Shown here one piece after another: positions 1 through 9,139 of a stretch of DNA of 64,000 bases. Position 1 is the stretch's first letter; every line of letters begins with the position of its first letter. Below the pieces are notes generated by a model. The model was not told the origin of the DNA. It saw only the letters and a program-made list of their open reading frames with translations, and ran no database searches. Both the position numbers and the translations under genes were made by a program. The DNA is from Candidatus Omnitrophota bacterium. Lineage in GTDB: Bacteria; Omnitrophota; Gorgyraeia; Zapsychrales; Zapsychraceae. The DNA lies in assembly GCA_003528115.1 (NCBI GenBank), contig DOGZ01000006.1, positions 64,076 through 128,075 on the forward strand, read 5' to 3'.

Positions 1-258
1 CGCGATGGCGTTGCGCGTTCTCAACCCCAAAACGCCGTCTATCTTTCCGGGATTGTACCCATACAGTTTAAGGAGCGTTTGAATTTCTTCAACGGTGGGG
101 TTTTTTTCGTAAGGAACAATCTCGCCGATGAGCTCTTTTTCCTCGGCCCCTTCCTTATCCAAAAGGCTGTACAATTTGTCGCAGCCGGCACAACAGAGGC
201 TGAAGACTAAAAGAAATGAAATAAAAAAAATACGCGTTGCCGCGAATAAATTTCCCAT
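1..258 (-). CDS. peptidoglycan-binding domain lipoprotein (runs off the window edge)
   Basis: Manual translation from ATG 258: hydrophobic signal ending ...CAGC, then IQTLLKLYGYNPGKIDGVLGLRTRNAIA, a PG_binding_1 signature. Not in the ORF track. Confidence 0.7.
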   Translation of the reverse strand, partial: MGNLFAATRIFFISFLLVFSLCCAGCDKLYSLLDKEGAEEKELIGEIVPYEKNPTVEEIQTLLKLYGYNPGKIDGVLGLRTRNAIA

Positions 259-400
259 AAAGCTATCTTTAATGACATCTCAATGAATTTATTTTCTTTC
301 CTCATCAAAATTCTGTTGTCATCCACCTCATCGCGTGTTAATACTATCAATAAAAAAGAGAAACGCAAGCCTTGAGGAAATCCAATCTCTTTTGAAAACC

Positions 401-781
401 ATGAAAAACAAACTCATCCTTTTTAGCCTGCTTATTATTTTTTCGGTCTTCTGTCTGCAGATTGTTTTAAATCCCTATTTACATCAGCGCGAAGTCACAA
501 AAATTGTCAAAATAATTCTAAAACATTGGAAAAACGGCGACCTGCCTGAGGCCTTTGTCTATTGGGAAGATCTCAGGCGCGCTCCGCCTATTTACGATCT
601 GGTTTCTTCCACCCTTATAGAAAAAACTTTTCATCTGAAGGACACGCCTCCCTACGCCCAAATTGTCGTCAAGTTGGAATTCCCGGAAGGCAACGTCATC
701 CCCTCAGGCAAGGAATGGGTTTTTGAATTAACCTATACAAAATCCGGCTGGAAGGTAAAAAATTTTCATCCTTTTCCATAG
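401..781 (+). CDS. hypothetical membrane-anchored protein
   Basis: ORF 335..781; ATG 401 gives MKNK plus a hydrophobic helix. Confidence 0.55.
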   Translation: MKNKLILFSLLIIFSVFCLQIVLNPYLHQREVTKIVKIILKHWKNGDLPEAFVYWEDLRRAPPIYDLVSSTLIEKTFHLKDTPPYAQIVVKLEFPEGNVIPSGKEWVFELTYTKSGWKVKNFHPFP

Positions 782-795
782 CCTTAAGAATTCCT

Positions 796-2226
796 TCACA
801 AGGCCTGCATTCCCCGACGGCACAATTCTCTGGCATAGTCCGTCCAGATACCTTGCCCCCAATACCGGAAACAGCTTGTCTGCGATAAAAGCAAATAAAG
901 GAAGGCTTCCCTATACGAATGACTTTTTACGTCAACTTTTTTGCCGTCAAATTTCTGATGAAAAGCCGCGCTTAATTTATTGATAGGATCCAGCACATCC
1001 TCATACCCCTTGACCCAATTCTTATCGTTGGTCCATGAGCCTTTATCGAGATTAAAACCCGCGTCTTTGTCATGAATTTTCTTGATCGCCTCATCGCAGG
1101 CGCCCGGGGCGAAACGATGTATTTCCTTCCATATCCTGTGCTGAGAAATAGGCTGAAGTGGAATAAACGAGGCCTCCTGAACGCCCGATTGTTTTAAAAA
1201 CTCCAGGTATTCCGATCCGTTCATGGCCACGTTCCCCTCGGTTCCAATCTCCGCGAAGGCGACCCTGTAGGCAGGTGGAAATTCATTCATCATCACCCCT
1301 CCGTTTTCCCCGTCACCGATCTGGCAGACAAAAGGAGGAATTTCCCGGCCTGCAACTTCCTGTTTTCCCGTAGATTTTGCCTCGTAACACGGCTGCATCT
1401 GGGCCACCAGTTTTGTATCCGAACCTTTTGTTTTGATCAGAGCCGTGATCTCTGCTGTTTCCCCCAAAGAATTCTTCGCCACCAATCGATGAGGCACGTG
1501 AGGTCGACGGATGCCGCTCCCGTCCAAATTTTCAACCGTATGCTCCTGGACCATCAGCCATTCATACCCGCACTCTTTTAGAGCCTTGACATATTCATAA
1601 CAAACATCCGGGTGGATCGGGAGATGCATTTCCGGCGGAGAAAACCCTTTGACTCTTCCGGCCGCCTCTTCTCCAAAGATAGCGGCGAAATGTTTCCGCC
1701 AGGCCATGATCTGCAGCTTGATATCCGGGACAGGCGTGGAACTGACAACGGCATGCGACCACGTCGTGCCAAGCCATTCAACATAGCGGTGATATTTCTT
1801 TTCTGAAGCAATATGTTTTAAATTTTCCAGCACCCGGCCGCCTTCCATCTGCCGTAATCCCCACAGGAGATTTCCGGAATAATCCAGCATCACCCGGGGA
1901 TTGCGTCCTTGATCGACGAGTTCCCTCACAATGTCCGACATCCTCGAATAACACTGCATAAAGACCGAGGCGTTGTGGTTATCCCCTATGTGTGGATTCT
2001 CCATCATATGCTGAAGATTGGAAATGAGCCCGGCGGTCATGAGGTCGCCTCCTCCGGCAGGGATGGTTGGTTGATGCATATGCAGGGCAATGCCGAAACT
2101 CGCTGAAACCCTGTTGAATTTAATATTCGACAACGGGGCATACTGCGGACTTTTTAAACCGGATAATTTCTGAATATCCTTTTCATCAAACGTGATATTA
2201 GGTAATCCCTCGATGACATCCGACAT
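796..2226 (-). CDS. glycoside hydrolase family 57-like protein
   Basis: LHMHQP, PPEM, DGENGG, SQTSCFRYWG motifs; lies in an alpha-glucan operon. Confidence 0.8.
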   Translation of the reverse strand: MSDVIEGLPNITFDEKDIQKLSGLKSPQYAPLSNIKFNRVSASFGIALHMHQPTIPAGGGDLMTAGLISNLQHMMENPHIGDNHNASVFMQCYSRMSDIVRELVDQGRNPRVMLDYSGNLLWGLRQMEGGRVLENLKHIASEKKYHRYVEWLGTTWSHAVVSSTPVPDIKLQIMAWRKHFAAIFGEEAAGRVKGFSPPEMHLPIHPDVCYEYVKALKECGYEWLMVQEHTVENLDGSGIRRPHVPHRLVAKNSLGETAEITALIKTKGSDTKLVAQMQPCYEAKSTGKQEVAGREIPPFVCQIGDGENGGVMMNEFPPAYRVAFAEIGTEGNVAMNGSEYLEFLKQSGVQEASFIPLQPISQHRIWKEIHRFAPGACDEAIKKIHDKDAGFNLDKGSWTNDKNWVKGYEDVLDPINKLSAAFHQKFDGKKVDVKSHSYREAFLYLLLSQTSCFRYWGQGIWTDYARELCRRGMQAL

Positions 2227-2239
2227 CTCATCCTCCTCC

Positions 2240-3988
2240 TCACTTGACCTTGGACTTCTTTCGCCGCGCCGGTGACGCGCTTTTGGCGAAGGAGGTCTTT
2301 TGTTTCTTTGGAAGTTTTTGACTTTTCTTCAGAGCGCGCCTGCGGCGCTCCGGCTTCTTCTCCTCTTTTGGAATGGAATAATACCCCGCGCAATCCATGT
2401 GAGAAAAAATATTATCCCTCCATTCCACTTCTTTTAACCATGCCTCATCCAGGGTATTCTCTCTCAGGTCATGATACAAGCGCGTGAATCGCCCGATATG
2501 CTGCCTGACTCTTTTTTCAGCGTAAGCGACCATGGTCCCTGTCTTCATAATAAAAGGCCAGTCGCTGGCCTCGGCTAACAATAATTCCCTGGCGGCTTGA
2601 TTCACTGCCCGGCGGATAAAAGCTTGAGGGCCTGAGCGTTGTCGGGTTCCTTTTTTTCGCGCGGAAAAAAACTTTTGGGCTAATTCCCTCATGCGCTCGC
2701 CGGCCTTATGGACATGGCGATAAATCCAATCGTTTCCGCCATTGAGCCAGAATTCATTGTATCCCTTATAACCCCAGCTTGAAGCTGAGGGCACAGCCAT
2801 TTGATTAACAGGGTTGTCCTCGAGGTACTCAGAAGGCGTCTTTAACTCGATCGTTTCTTGGTCATAAACAATCTTTCGAATAAGAAAATCAATCCACATC
2901 GGGCCTTCAAACCACCAATGGCCGAACAATTCAGCGTCGTACGGAGCGACGATGATCGGTTTTCGGTCCATATGGGCCGCCAAGTGCTCAATCTGCTTTT
3001 CCCTGTTAAACATAAAATTCGCGGCGTGGCTTGCCGCTTTTTCCTTTGCCCAATCCGGTCTGTACACTTCTTTGTACTCCGTGGGACCGGTAATTCTCCA
3101 ATATTTAATACCTGTGTTTATTCTGATCCCCTGAGGATGAATATAGGGTTTGATATATTCATAATCAAGTTCATGCCCGATATCTCTGTAATACTCCCGG
3201 TAATCGACGTCTCCCGGATAGCCTTCTTTGGAACTCCAGACCTGTTTGGAGGATTCCCAATCCCGGCCAAAAGCCGCCACTCCCGACGGGCAATAAACCG
3301 GCGCGTAAACGCTGTACCGGGGTGTAGGATCCGCGTTGACGATCCCATGCGAATCGATAAAAAAATACCGCACCCCGTTCTCTTTCAAAATATCATCTAT
3401 GCCCGGAGCATACCCGCACTCCGGCAGCCAGATTCCTTTCGGCGGACGCCCAAATACTTTCGTGTAAAAATCCACCCCAATTTGAATCTGCGCCCTGGCG
3501 GAAGAGAGATTTTTCCCGATCATGGGCAAAAAACCGTGCGTCGCGCATGAGGTAATCACCTCGAGACATCCAAAATCCTGAAATTTTTTAAACGCCGCGA
3601 CAATATTATTTTGATACTGCCGCGTAAAGATCTCTTTAGTCCTTTTGAATTTCTCGTTATACATTAAAGCCAACCCGTGATAAAGCGGCTCATACCCTGT
3701 CCGGCTGATCTCTTTGTCCGACAACTCAATCAATTGATCAATATGCCGCAGGTAACGTTCTTGCAGGAAGGGATCCAGAAGCATCGAGGCCAGGGTCGGG
3801 GTTAAAGACATGGTGATCCGGAAGTTTATGCCGTCACGAACAAGCCGGTCAAAAACTTCAATGAGAGGAATATACGTCTCGGTGATCGCCTCGAAAAGCC
3901 AATTCTCTTCCAGGAAATATTCTTCTTCCGGATGGCGGACAAAAGGCAGGTGCGCGTGAAGCATCAAACATAAATAACCTTTGGACAT
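2240..3988 (-). CDS. GH57 1,4-alpha-glucan branching enzyme (DUF1957)
   Basis: HAHLPFVRHP, WLPEC, PYDAELFGHWWFEGP, EASDWPF. Confidence 0.9.
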   Translation of the reverse strand: MSKGYLCLMLHAHLPFVRHPEEEYFLEENWLFEAITETYIPLIEVFDRLVRDGINFRITMSLTPTLASMLLDPFLQERYLRHIDQLIELSDKEISRTGYEPLYHGLALMYNEKFKRTKEIFTRQYQNNIVAAFKKFQDFGCLEVITSCATHGFLPMIGKNLSSARAQIQIGVDFYTKVFGRPPKGIWLPECGYAPGIDDILKENGVRYFFIDSHGIVNADPTPRYSVYAPVYCPSGVAAFGRDWESSKQVWSSKEGYPGDVDYREYYRDIGHELDYEYIKPYIHPQGIRINTGIKYWRITGPTEYKEVYRPDWAKEKAASHAANFMFNREKQIEHLAAHMDRKPIIVAPYDAELFGHWWFEGPMWIDFLIRKIVYDQETIELKTPSEYLEDNPVNQMAVPSASSWGYKGYNEFWLNGGNDWIYRHVHKAGERMRELAQKFFSARKKGTRQRSGPQAFIRRAVNQAARELLLAEASDWPFIMKTGTMVAYAEKRVRQHIGRFTRLYHDLRENTLDEAWLKEVEWRDNIFSHMDCAGYYSIPKEEKKPERRRRALKKSQKLPKKQKTSFAKSASPARRKKSKVK

Positions 3989-4008
3989 AGACTTTTATCG
4001 ATAGGTTA

Positions 4009-4184
4009 TTGACCTCCGTACAACTAATGGAACCCCCTCTTTTAGGAAACGGAGGTCGAGATACCCCTGCTTTCCAAATAAAACGCTTAGAGGAAGCAGG
4101 GACGTCCCAACTACCTCTGAATGATTCTTTGAGGGAAGTTGGGGCTGACTGCCGTAATGTTCCATTACTTTTAGGGAAGTCAGT
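4009..4184. repeat. intergenic multi-hairpin REP/MITE-like element, family A copy 1
   Basis: Four tandem stem-loops; ends TTGACCTCCGTACAACTAATGGAAC and (reverse complement) CTGACTTCCCTAAAAGTAATGGAAC; related to 18259 and 24266. Confidence 0.7.
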
Positions 4185-4204
4185 AGTTAAATCGAAAGCT
4201 TCTT

Positions 4205-5512
4205 TCAAGGGGCGTATAAGGTCTGGCTGCGTTCCACGGATGTGGAAATACTTCGGCTATCCACTTTGTCCGATGAAACGGCCACAAAAGGAAACGGGAT
4301 TTTCCCGTCGGGTAAGGCATACCGCAAACTGAACGTTCCGTCTTGACGTAAAGGGATTCTTTGATCCGCCAAATGAACCTCGGCATCCGGTTCCGTGCGG
4401 CCATACACAATAAGTTCCGTCCAAATTTCAAAAAAGAATTTTCTTCTTTTTTCTTCGGGCGCGCTGGAAATCCCCTGCGGCCGCGACTGACTCAAGGACT
4501 GGCTCGCCCCTCCTTGGATGGCCAGCTCCTCGGAGGATCCCAGGATAAATTTCTTATAAAATTCTTTCCATGTTAACCCACCCAGCCAATCTTCATCCAG
4601 AAGAACCCCTTCTTCGGAATATACCCTTCGAGCGTTTTCCCTCTCTAATATGAAAAGATTTTTCCCGTTCTTTCTTTCTGAACCTCTCCCTACAACCCTT
4701 TTAAAAAGAGGCACAAGTCTTTCATAATAACTCCTGACTTCCTCCGCGCTTAAAGGGATCCTCCCTCGGGCAAATGTCCTTGGACGTCCCTTGCTTTTAG
4801 CCAAGAACCCCGCGCCTTGAACACCTCTCCCGGAACTTTTCTGAATTTTAGACTCTCCCATCACGAACGGGGCTGGAGGCTCCATCGGGTCGCTCTTCCT
4901 CTCCATCCAAATCATATCTTTTCGTCCCGAAAGTCCTCTACGCGGCGTGATCACATTATTGGACCTGGCTAAAGTGAAGAAATCCCCGCCGGCCATGCGA
5001 AGGCCTATATCACAACAGTAGGACGTATTTTCGCCCCAGACATTGACATACCAATTGTTGGCCAAAGGACCGACATCCATATCAAACCAATGATTGGCAT
5101 TGGCGCCATTAAAATCCTTAAACGTTATGTCATACATCCTTAAAACATAAACCGCTTTATTAAAGTCCTGACCGGTCTTTTTCTTCATCTCTTCGATAGA
5201 AGACGGGGCAATCTCCCAGTAGGCATAGAGCCAGTAAGGATCTCGGGCCATGAGCGTCACACTGGTTGTGTTATAACTGGAAGGAAGCTCGTAACTGTCG
5301 ATTTCTTTTTTAAGAAAAGAATTTCCCGGGGGAATCGGATTGGATTTATCTAAAGGGAGCGGTAAAACAGACTTGTGTTTTTCCGGCAGAGGTTTTGACA
5401 GTTGTTTCTTGGGTAAGCGGCGTGGAGGATGTTGACCGCTTGAAAAAACGTTCTTTTTTTTTATCAAGACATCCTTTGGACTTTTATCTGTCTTGGATTT
5501 TTGCCGAATCAA
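4205..5512 (-). CDS. DUF4912 domain protein
   Basis: LPSSYNTTSVTLMARDPYWLYAYWEI and ELIVYGRTEPDA...DGTFSLRYALPDG. Confidence 0.85.
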   Translation of the reverse strand: MIRQKSKTDKSPKDVLIKKKNVFSSGQHPPRRLPKKQLSKPLPEKHKSVLPLPLDKSNPIPPGNSFLKKEIDSYELPSSYNTTSVTLMARDPYWLYAYWEIAPSSIEEMKKKTGQDFNKAVYVLRMYDITFKDFNGANANHWFDMDVGPLANNWYVNVWGENTSYCCDIGLRMAGGDFFTLARSNNVITPRRGLSGRKDMIWMERKSDPMEPPAPFVMGESKIQKSSGRGVQGAGFLAKSKGRPRTFARGRIPLSAEEVRSYYERLVPLFKRVVGRGSERKNGKNLFILERENARRVYSEEGVLLDEDWLGGLTWKEFYKKFILGSSEELAIQGGASQSLSQSRPQGISSAPEEKRRKFFFEIWTELIVYGRTEPDAEVHLADQRIPLRQDGTFSLRYALPDGKIPFPFVAVSSDKVDSRSISTSVERSQTLYAP

Positions 5513-5524
5513 ATTCTATTCTCC

Positions 5525-6685
5525 TTAACTCTGATAAACGGTCAAGACTTCATCGGCGATGGTGTCCCAAGAAAAGACCGTTTCAGCCGCCACGCGGCCG
5601 TTGGCGCCCATCCATCGGGCGTGTTCAAAATTAGCAAACAACGTTCCTATTCCCCACGCGATAGAATCCGAATTAGCGTTGATTTTAAAACCATTGACAT
5701 CGTGCCATACAATTTCCGAAGGTCCCCCGTTTATGCTGGCAATGACCGGTTTGCCGGCGCTCCAAGCCTCCAGAATAACGATCCCGAAAGGCTCATTGCG
5801 ACTGGGGATACAGACGCAATCACAAGCCTTAAAAAGATCCACCAGCTTCCAGCCGCTCAAATGTCCAAGGAATTTCGTCGCGTGACTAACGCCCCTGTGC
5901 CGCGCCGTGTTTTCAACACTCTGACGCATCGCGCCGTCACCGACAAAAACGAATTTAGCGTTATGATAATATTTCAAGACATGGGGAATGGCTTCGACCA
6001 GAAGATCCGGCCCTTTCTGAACGGCCATTCTTCCCGCGAACAAAACCACAGGATCCATCGTCCCGATCTCATAGGACTTTTTCACGGCCCCTGGATCAAG
6101 CCAACCGTCGAAATTCCTGTAACTAATGCCGTTATATATGACATCCATTTTCCCGTCGGGAACGCTGTAAATCCACTGGACCTCATTTTTCAGCGCGTTG
6201 GAAACCGTGATCACATGGTCGGCACAATAGGCTCCATGCCATTCAATATGCCGGATCCGTTCGGAATTCCCGCCCCAAAAATGGTTACCGCTGCGTCCAT
6301 ATTCCGTGGAATGCAGGGTAAAAACCGCTTTCCGGCCGCGGCCTTCTTTGATCCAGGACATCGCGTTCGCCGTCAACCAATCATGCGCGTGAACAATATC
6401 AAAAGCGCCTATGTGATCCTCCGTCTCAAAAAAGGTATGCACGAAGGAACGGCACATATTATTCATCTCTTCAACGAAATCCGGATGATGGGCGAAAGGA
6501 CAACGATGATAATGAACGCCGTCTATCCGTTCATACAGGGCATGGTCATGCCGTCCCATCCTGGTAAAAACATGCGTCTCATGCCCCTTGCGTTCCAGGG
6601 CGCAGGCCAATTCCGTCACATGACTGGCCACCCCACCGATATAAATAGAATGAGCGGTTTCCCAGGAAAAAAGAGCGATGCGCAT
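5525..6685 (-). CDS. GT4 glycosyltransferase (alpha-glucan synthase-like)
   Basis: GGVASHV, HAHDW, QKGPD, SRNEPFGIVILEAW. Confidence 0.9.
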   Translation of the reverse strand: MRIALFSWETAHSIYIGGVASHVTELACALERKGHETHVFTRMGRHDHALYERIDGVHYHRCPFAHHPDFVEEMNNMCRSFVHTFFETEDHIGAFDIVHAHDWLTANAMSWIKEGRGRKAVFTLHSTEYGRSGNHFWGGNSERIRHIEWHGAYCADHVITVSNALKNEVQWIYSVPDGKMDVIYNGISYRNFDGWLDPGAVKKSYEIGTMDPVVLFAGRMAVQKGPDLLVEAIPHVLKYYHNAKFVFVGDGAMRQSVENTARHRGVSHATKFLGHLSGWKLVDLFKACDCVCIPSRNEPFGIVILEAWSAGKPVIASINGGPSEIVWHDVNGFKINANSDSIAWGIGTLFANFEHARWMGANGRVAAETVFSWDTIADEVLTVYQS

Positions 6686-7035
6686 TAAATAGAAATTTCC
6701 TTTAGTGAGTTAACCGTTCCGCTCGGGCTCATAACCGTTTGCTTATTCGCCGGATCTGTCCACCACTGCTGATCCACAATAAATTTATATTCATACCGTC
6801 CCGGCGCCAACTCAACGCCCACTCTCCAAAGGCCATCTTTATCTTTCTTCATGGGAATTCCGTTCACATCCCAGGCCTTAAAATTACCCGTTAGAGCGAC
6901 CTTTTTGGCCGCGGGAGCCGCAAGTTCAAAATAAATTTTCTTTTTGAATAAGCTCTTCTTTACGGTCTTAAATAACTCTATCGTCGATGTTTTGGACGTA
7001 ATACCTTTCGTTATTTTTTTCACTCTGTTTTGCAT
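6685..7035 (-). CDS. CBM48/isoamylase early-set glycogen-binding protein
   Basis: APAAKKVALTGNFKAW...GRYEYKFIVDQQWWTDPAN. Confidence 0.85.
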   Translation of the reverse strand: MQNRVKKITKGITSKTSTIELFKTVKKSLFKKKIYFELAAPAAKKVALTGNFKAWDVNGIPMKKDKDGLWRVGVELAPGRYEYKFIVDQQWWTDPANKQTVMSPSGTVNSLKEISI

Positions 7036-7288
7036 CTTCCGTCTCCTTTCAAGATTTGGCCGTATTCTGACATGACATTTTCATTCTGTCAAGAAATGGG
7101 TACTCTAAAACACCGGCTTTTCAAACACCTGGTCCTTGCGCGCAGATCTTTCGCGCGGCTCATCCAAACTAAAAGTCCAGACACAATTTTTTTATCTGCG
7201 TGCTGGGAACATTTCGCAATCTTTGCTAAAATACCTTTGAGTTTTTCACAAACTTTCCTTATGAAAAAAAGAAAGCGAACTAAACCTT

Positions 7289-9073
7289 ATGAAAAAGCTT
7301 AAAACAACCAAAAAAGTGCTTCAGCTCATTTTAGACTCAACTCTGGCCAGTCTGATCATGGTCGATCTGGAAGGGAAGATCGCCCTTGTCAATTCTTCAG
7401 CAGAAATGACATTTGGTTATAATAAAAAAGAACTGCTTGGCAAACCCATAGAAATCCTCGTCCCTCATCCTCTGCGCCAACAACACGTCAAAAACAGAAA
7501 AGAATATTTAATAAAGCCCGAACCGCGCTATATGGGAAAAGGCAGGGATCTGCGCGGCCTGCGAAAGGATGAAAGCGTGTTCCCCGCGGAAATCGGCCTT
7601 AATCCCCTCACCACCGAAGAAGGGCTTTTTATTATCTGTACCATCATCGATATCACCGACCGCAAAAAGGCCGAGGAAAAACTGGTCGAATCCGAAAAAA
7701 GATACCGCCAGCTCTACGAAGGAAGCCTTGACGGTTATGTCTTAGTCGACATGAATAGCCGTCTACTGGCGTTTAACCGCGCCTTTCAAAATATGCTCGG
7801 CTATACGGAAGAAGAACTATTCCTTTTAACTTATGCTAAACGCACCCCCAAGAAGTGGCATGCCATGGAAAGAAAAATTATCAAAGAGGATGTCTTAAAA
7901 AAAGGGCATTCAGAAATTTATGAAAAAGAGTACCTCAAAAAAGACGGCGCGATTATTCCCGTTGAATTAAGGACATATCTTGTCAAAGACAACGCCGGAA
8001 AACCGGCCGGCATGTGGGCCTTTGTTCGGGACATCACGGAACGCAAAAAAAACGAAGAAGAGCTTCAACATCTGCAGGATCATGTGAAGGCTGAAAAACG
8101 AAAACTGGAACAAGTTCTCAACATTGATCAGCGCATCAGTTCGATCCTGGAACTGAATCATCTGGTTGATTTCGTCATTGAAAAAGCGACCCAGATTCTC
8201 GAAGTGGAAAAATGTTCCTTGATGCTTCTCGACCCGGAATCCCAGGAACTCCTGATTAGAGGAGCGGTCGGTCTCACTAACGAAATCATTAAATCAACCA
8301 GAATTAAATTAGGCGAGCAAATTGCCGGTCTTGTGGCGAAAGAAGGAAAACCTTTACTGATTAATGACATTGAGTTCGATAAAATGATCTCCAGGAAAAA
8401 CCGCTCAGCCTACAAAACCAAATCTTTCTTGAGCGTCCCTATCAAACTGCATAACAAACTCATCGGTGTGGTTAATGTGTCTGACAAAAAATCCAAACGG
8501 CATACCGAGTTTACAGAAGACGATTTAAAAATTCTGTCGATGATCATCCGCCAGGCCGCTATCGCCATAGAAAACGCGAATTATTGCCGGAAGCTGGAAT
8601 ATTTAACGACGGTCGATCCTCACACGGAGATTTATAACCACAGATATTTTATCAAGGCCCTGGATCAGGAAATTCACCGTTCTCAACGTTATGGCCGTCC
8701 CTTATGTTTGATGATGATAGATATTGATGATTTCAAAACTTATAACGACACCCACGGCCATCCGCAAGGCGACCATCTCCTCAAAGAGGTCAGCAGGATT
8801 TTAAAAGGAACCTGCCGTATCGTCGACATCGTCTGCCGTTACGCGGGAGATAAGTTTGTTGTGATCTTTCCTGAGACGGATCTGCCTCAGGCACAAATCG
8901 TGGCGGGGAGATTGACAAACGCCCTCACCAATCTCAATGTAAAAAGTAAAATCACGGCCTGTATAGGAATAGCCGTTTTTATGAAGACCTCTGACCGCCG
9001 GGATCTCATCCTCAAAGCCGATCAGGCCCTCTACCGGGCGAAGAAAAAAGGGAAAGGCGAAATCTGCTGGTAA
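7289..9073 (+). CDS. PAS-PAS-GAF-GGDEF protein with degenerate AGDKF motif
   Basis: Two PAS/PAC units, GAF, DIDDFKTYNDTHGH, RYAGDKF, ADQALYRAK. Confidence 0.9.
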   Translation: MKKLKTTKKVLQLILDSTLASLIMVDLEGKIALVNSSAEMTFGYNKKELLGKPIEILVPHPLRQQHVKNRKEYLIKPEPRYMGKGRDLRGLRKDESVFPAEIGLNPLTTEEGLFIICTIIDITDRKKAEEKLVESEKRYRQLYEGSLDGYVLVDMNSRLLAFNRAFQNMLGYTEEELFLLTYAKRTPKKWHAMERKIIKEDVLKKGHSEIYEKEYLKKDGAIIPVELRTYLVKDNAGKPAGMWAFVRDITERKKNEEELQHLQDHVKAEKRKLEQVLNIDQRISSILELNHLVDFVIEKATQILEVEKCSLMLLDPESQELLIRGAVGLTNEIIKSTRIKLGEQIAGLVAKEGKPLLINDIEFDKMISRKNRSAYKTKSFLSVPIKLHNKLIGVVNVSDKKSKRHTEFTEDDLKILSMIIRQAAIAIENANYCRKLEYLTTVDPHTEIYNHRYFIKALDQEIHRSQRYGRPLCLMMIDIDDFKTYNDTHGHPQGDHLLKEVSRILKGTCRIVDIVCRYAGDKFVVIFPETDLPQAQIVAGRLTNALTNLNVKSKITACIGIAVFMKTSDRRDLILKADQALYRAKKKGKGEICW

Positions 9074-9078
9074 AAAAA

Positions 9079-9110
9079 CGCCAATTCGGCAGGCGCCTGT
9101 CGAATTGGCG
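9079..9110 (-). terminator. intrinsic terminator after the giant gene
   Basis: CGCCAATTCGGCAGG/CCTGTCGAATTGGCG stem with an adjacent A7 (U-tract on the minus strand). Confidence 0.75.
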
Positions 9111-9139
9111 AATTGGTAATCATCTTGGTTTTAATCAAC

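Noticed and set aside
4009-4184. Possible CRISPR mini-array
   Set aside because: The hairpins differ from one another, there is no identical repeat-spacer periodicity, and no cas genes are present
5501-6688. 395-aa plus-strand ORF
   Set aside because: Antisense shadow of the GT4 gene with no recognisable motifs
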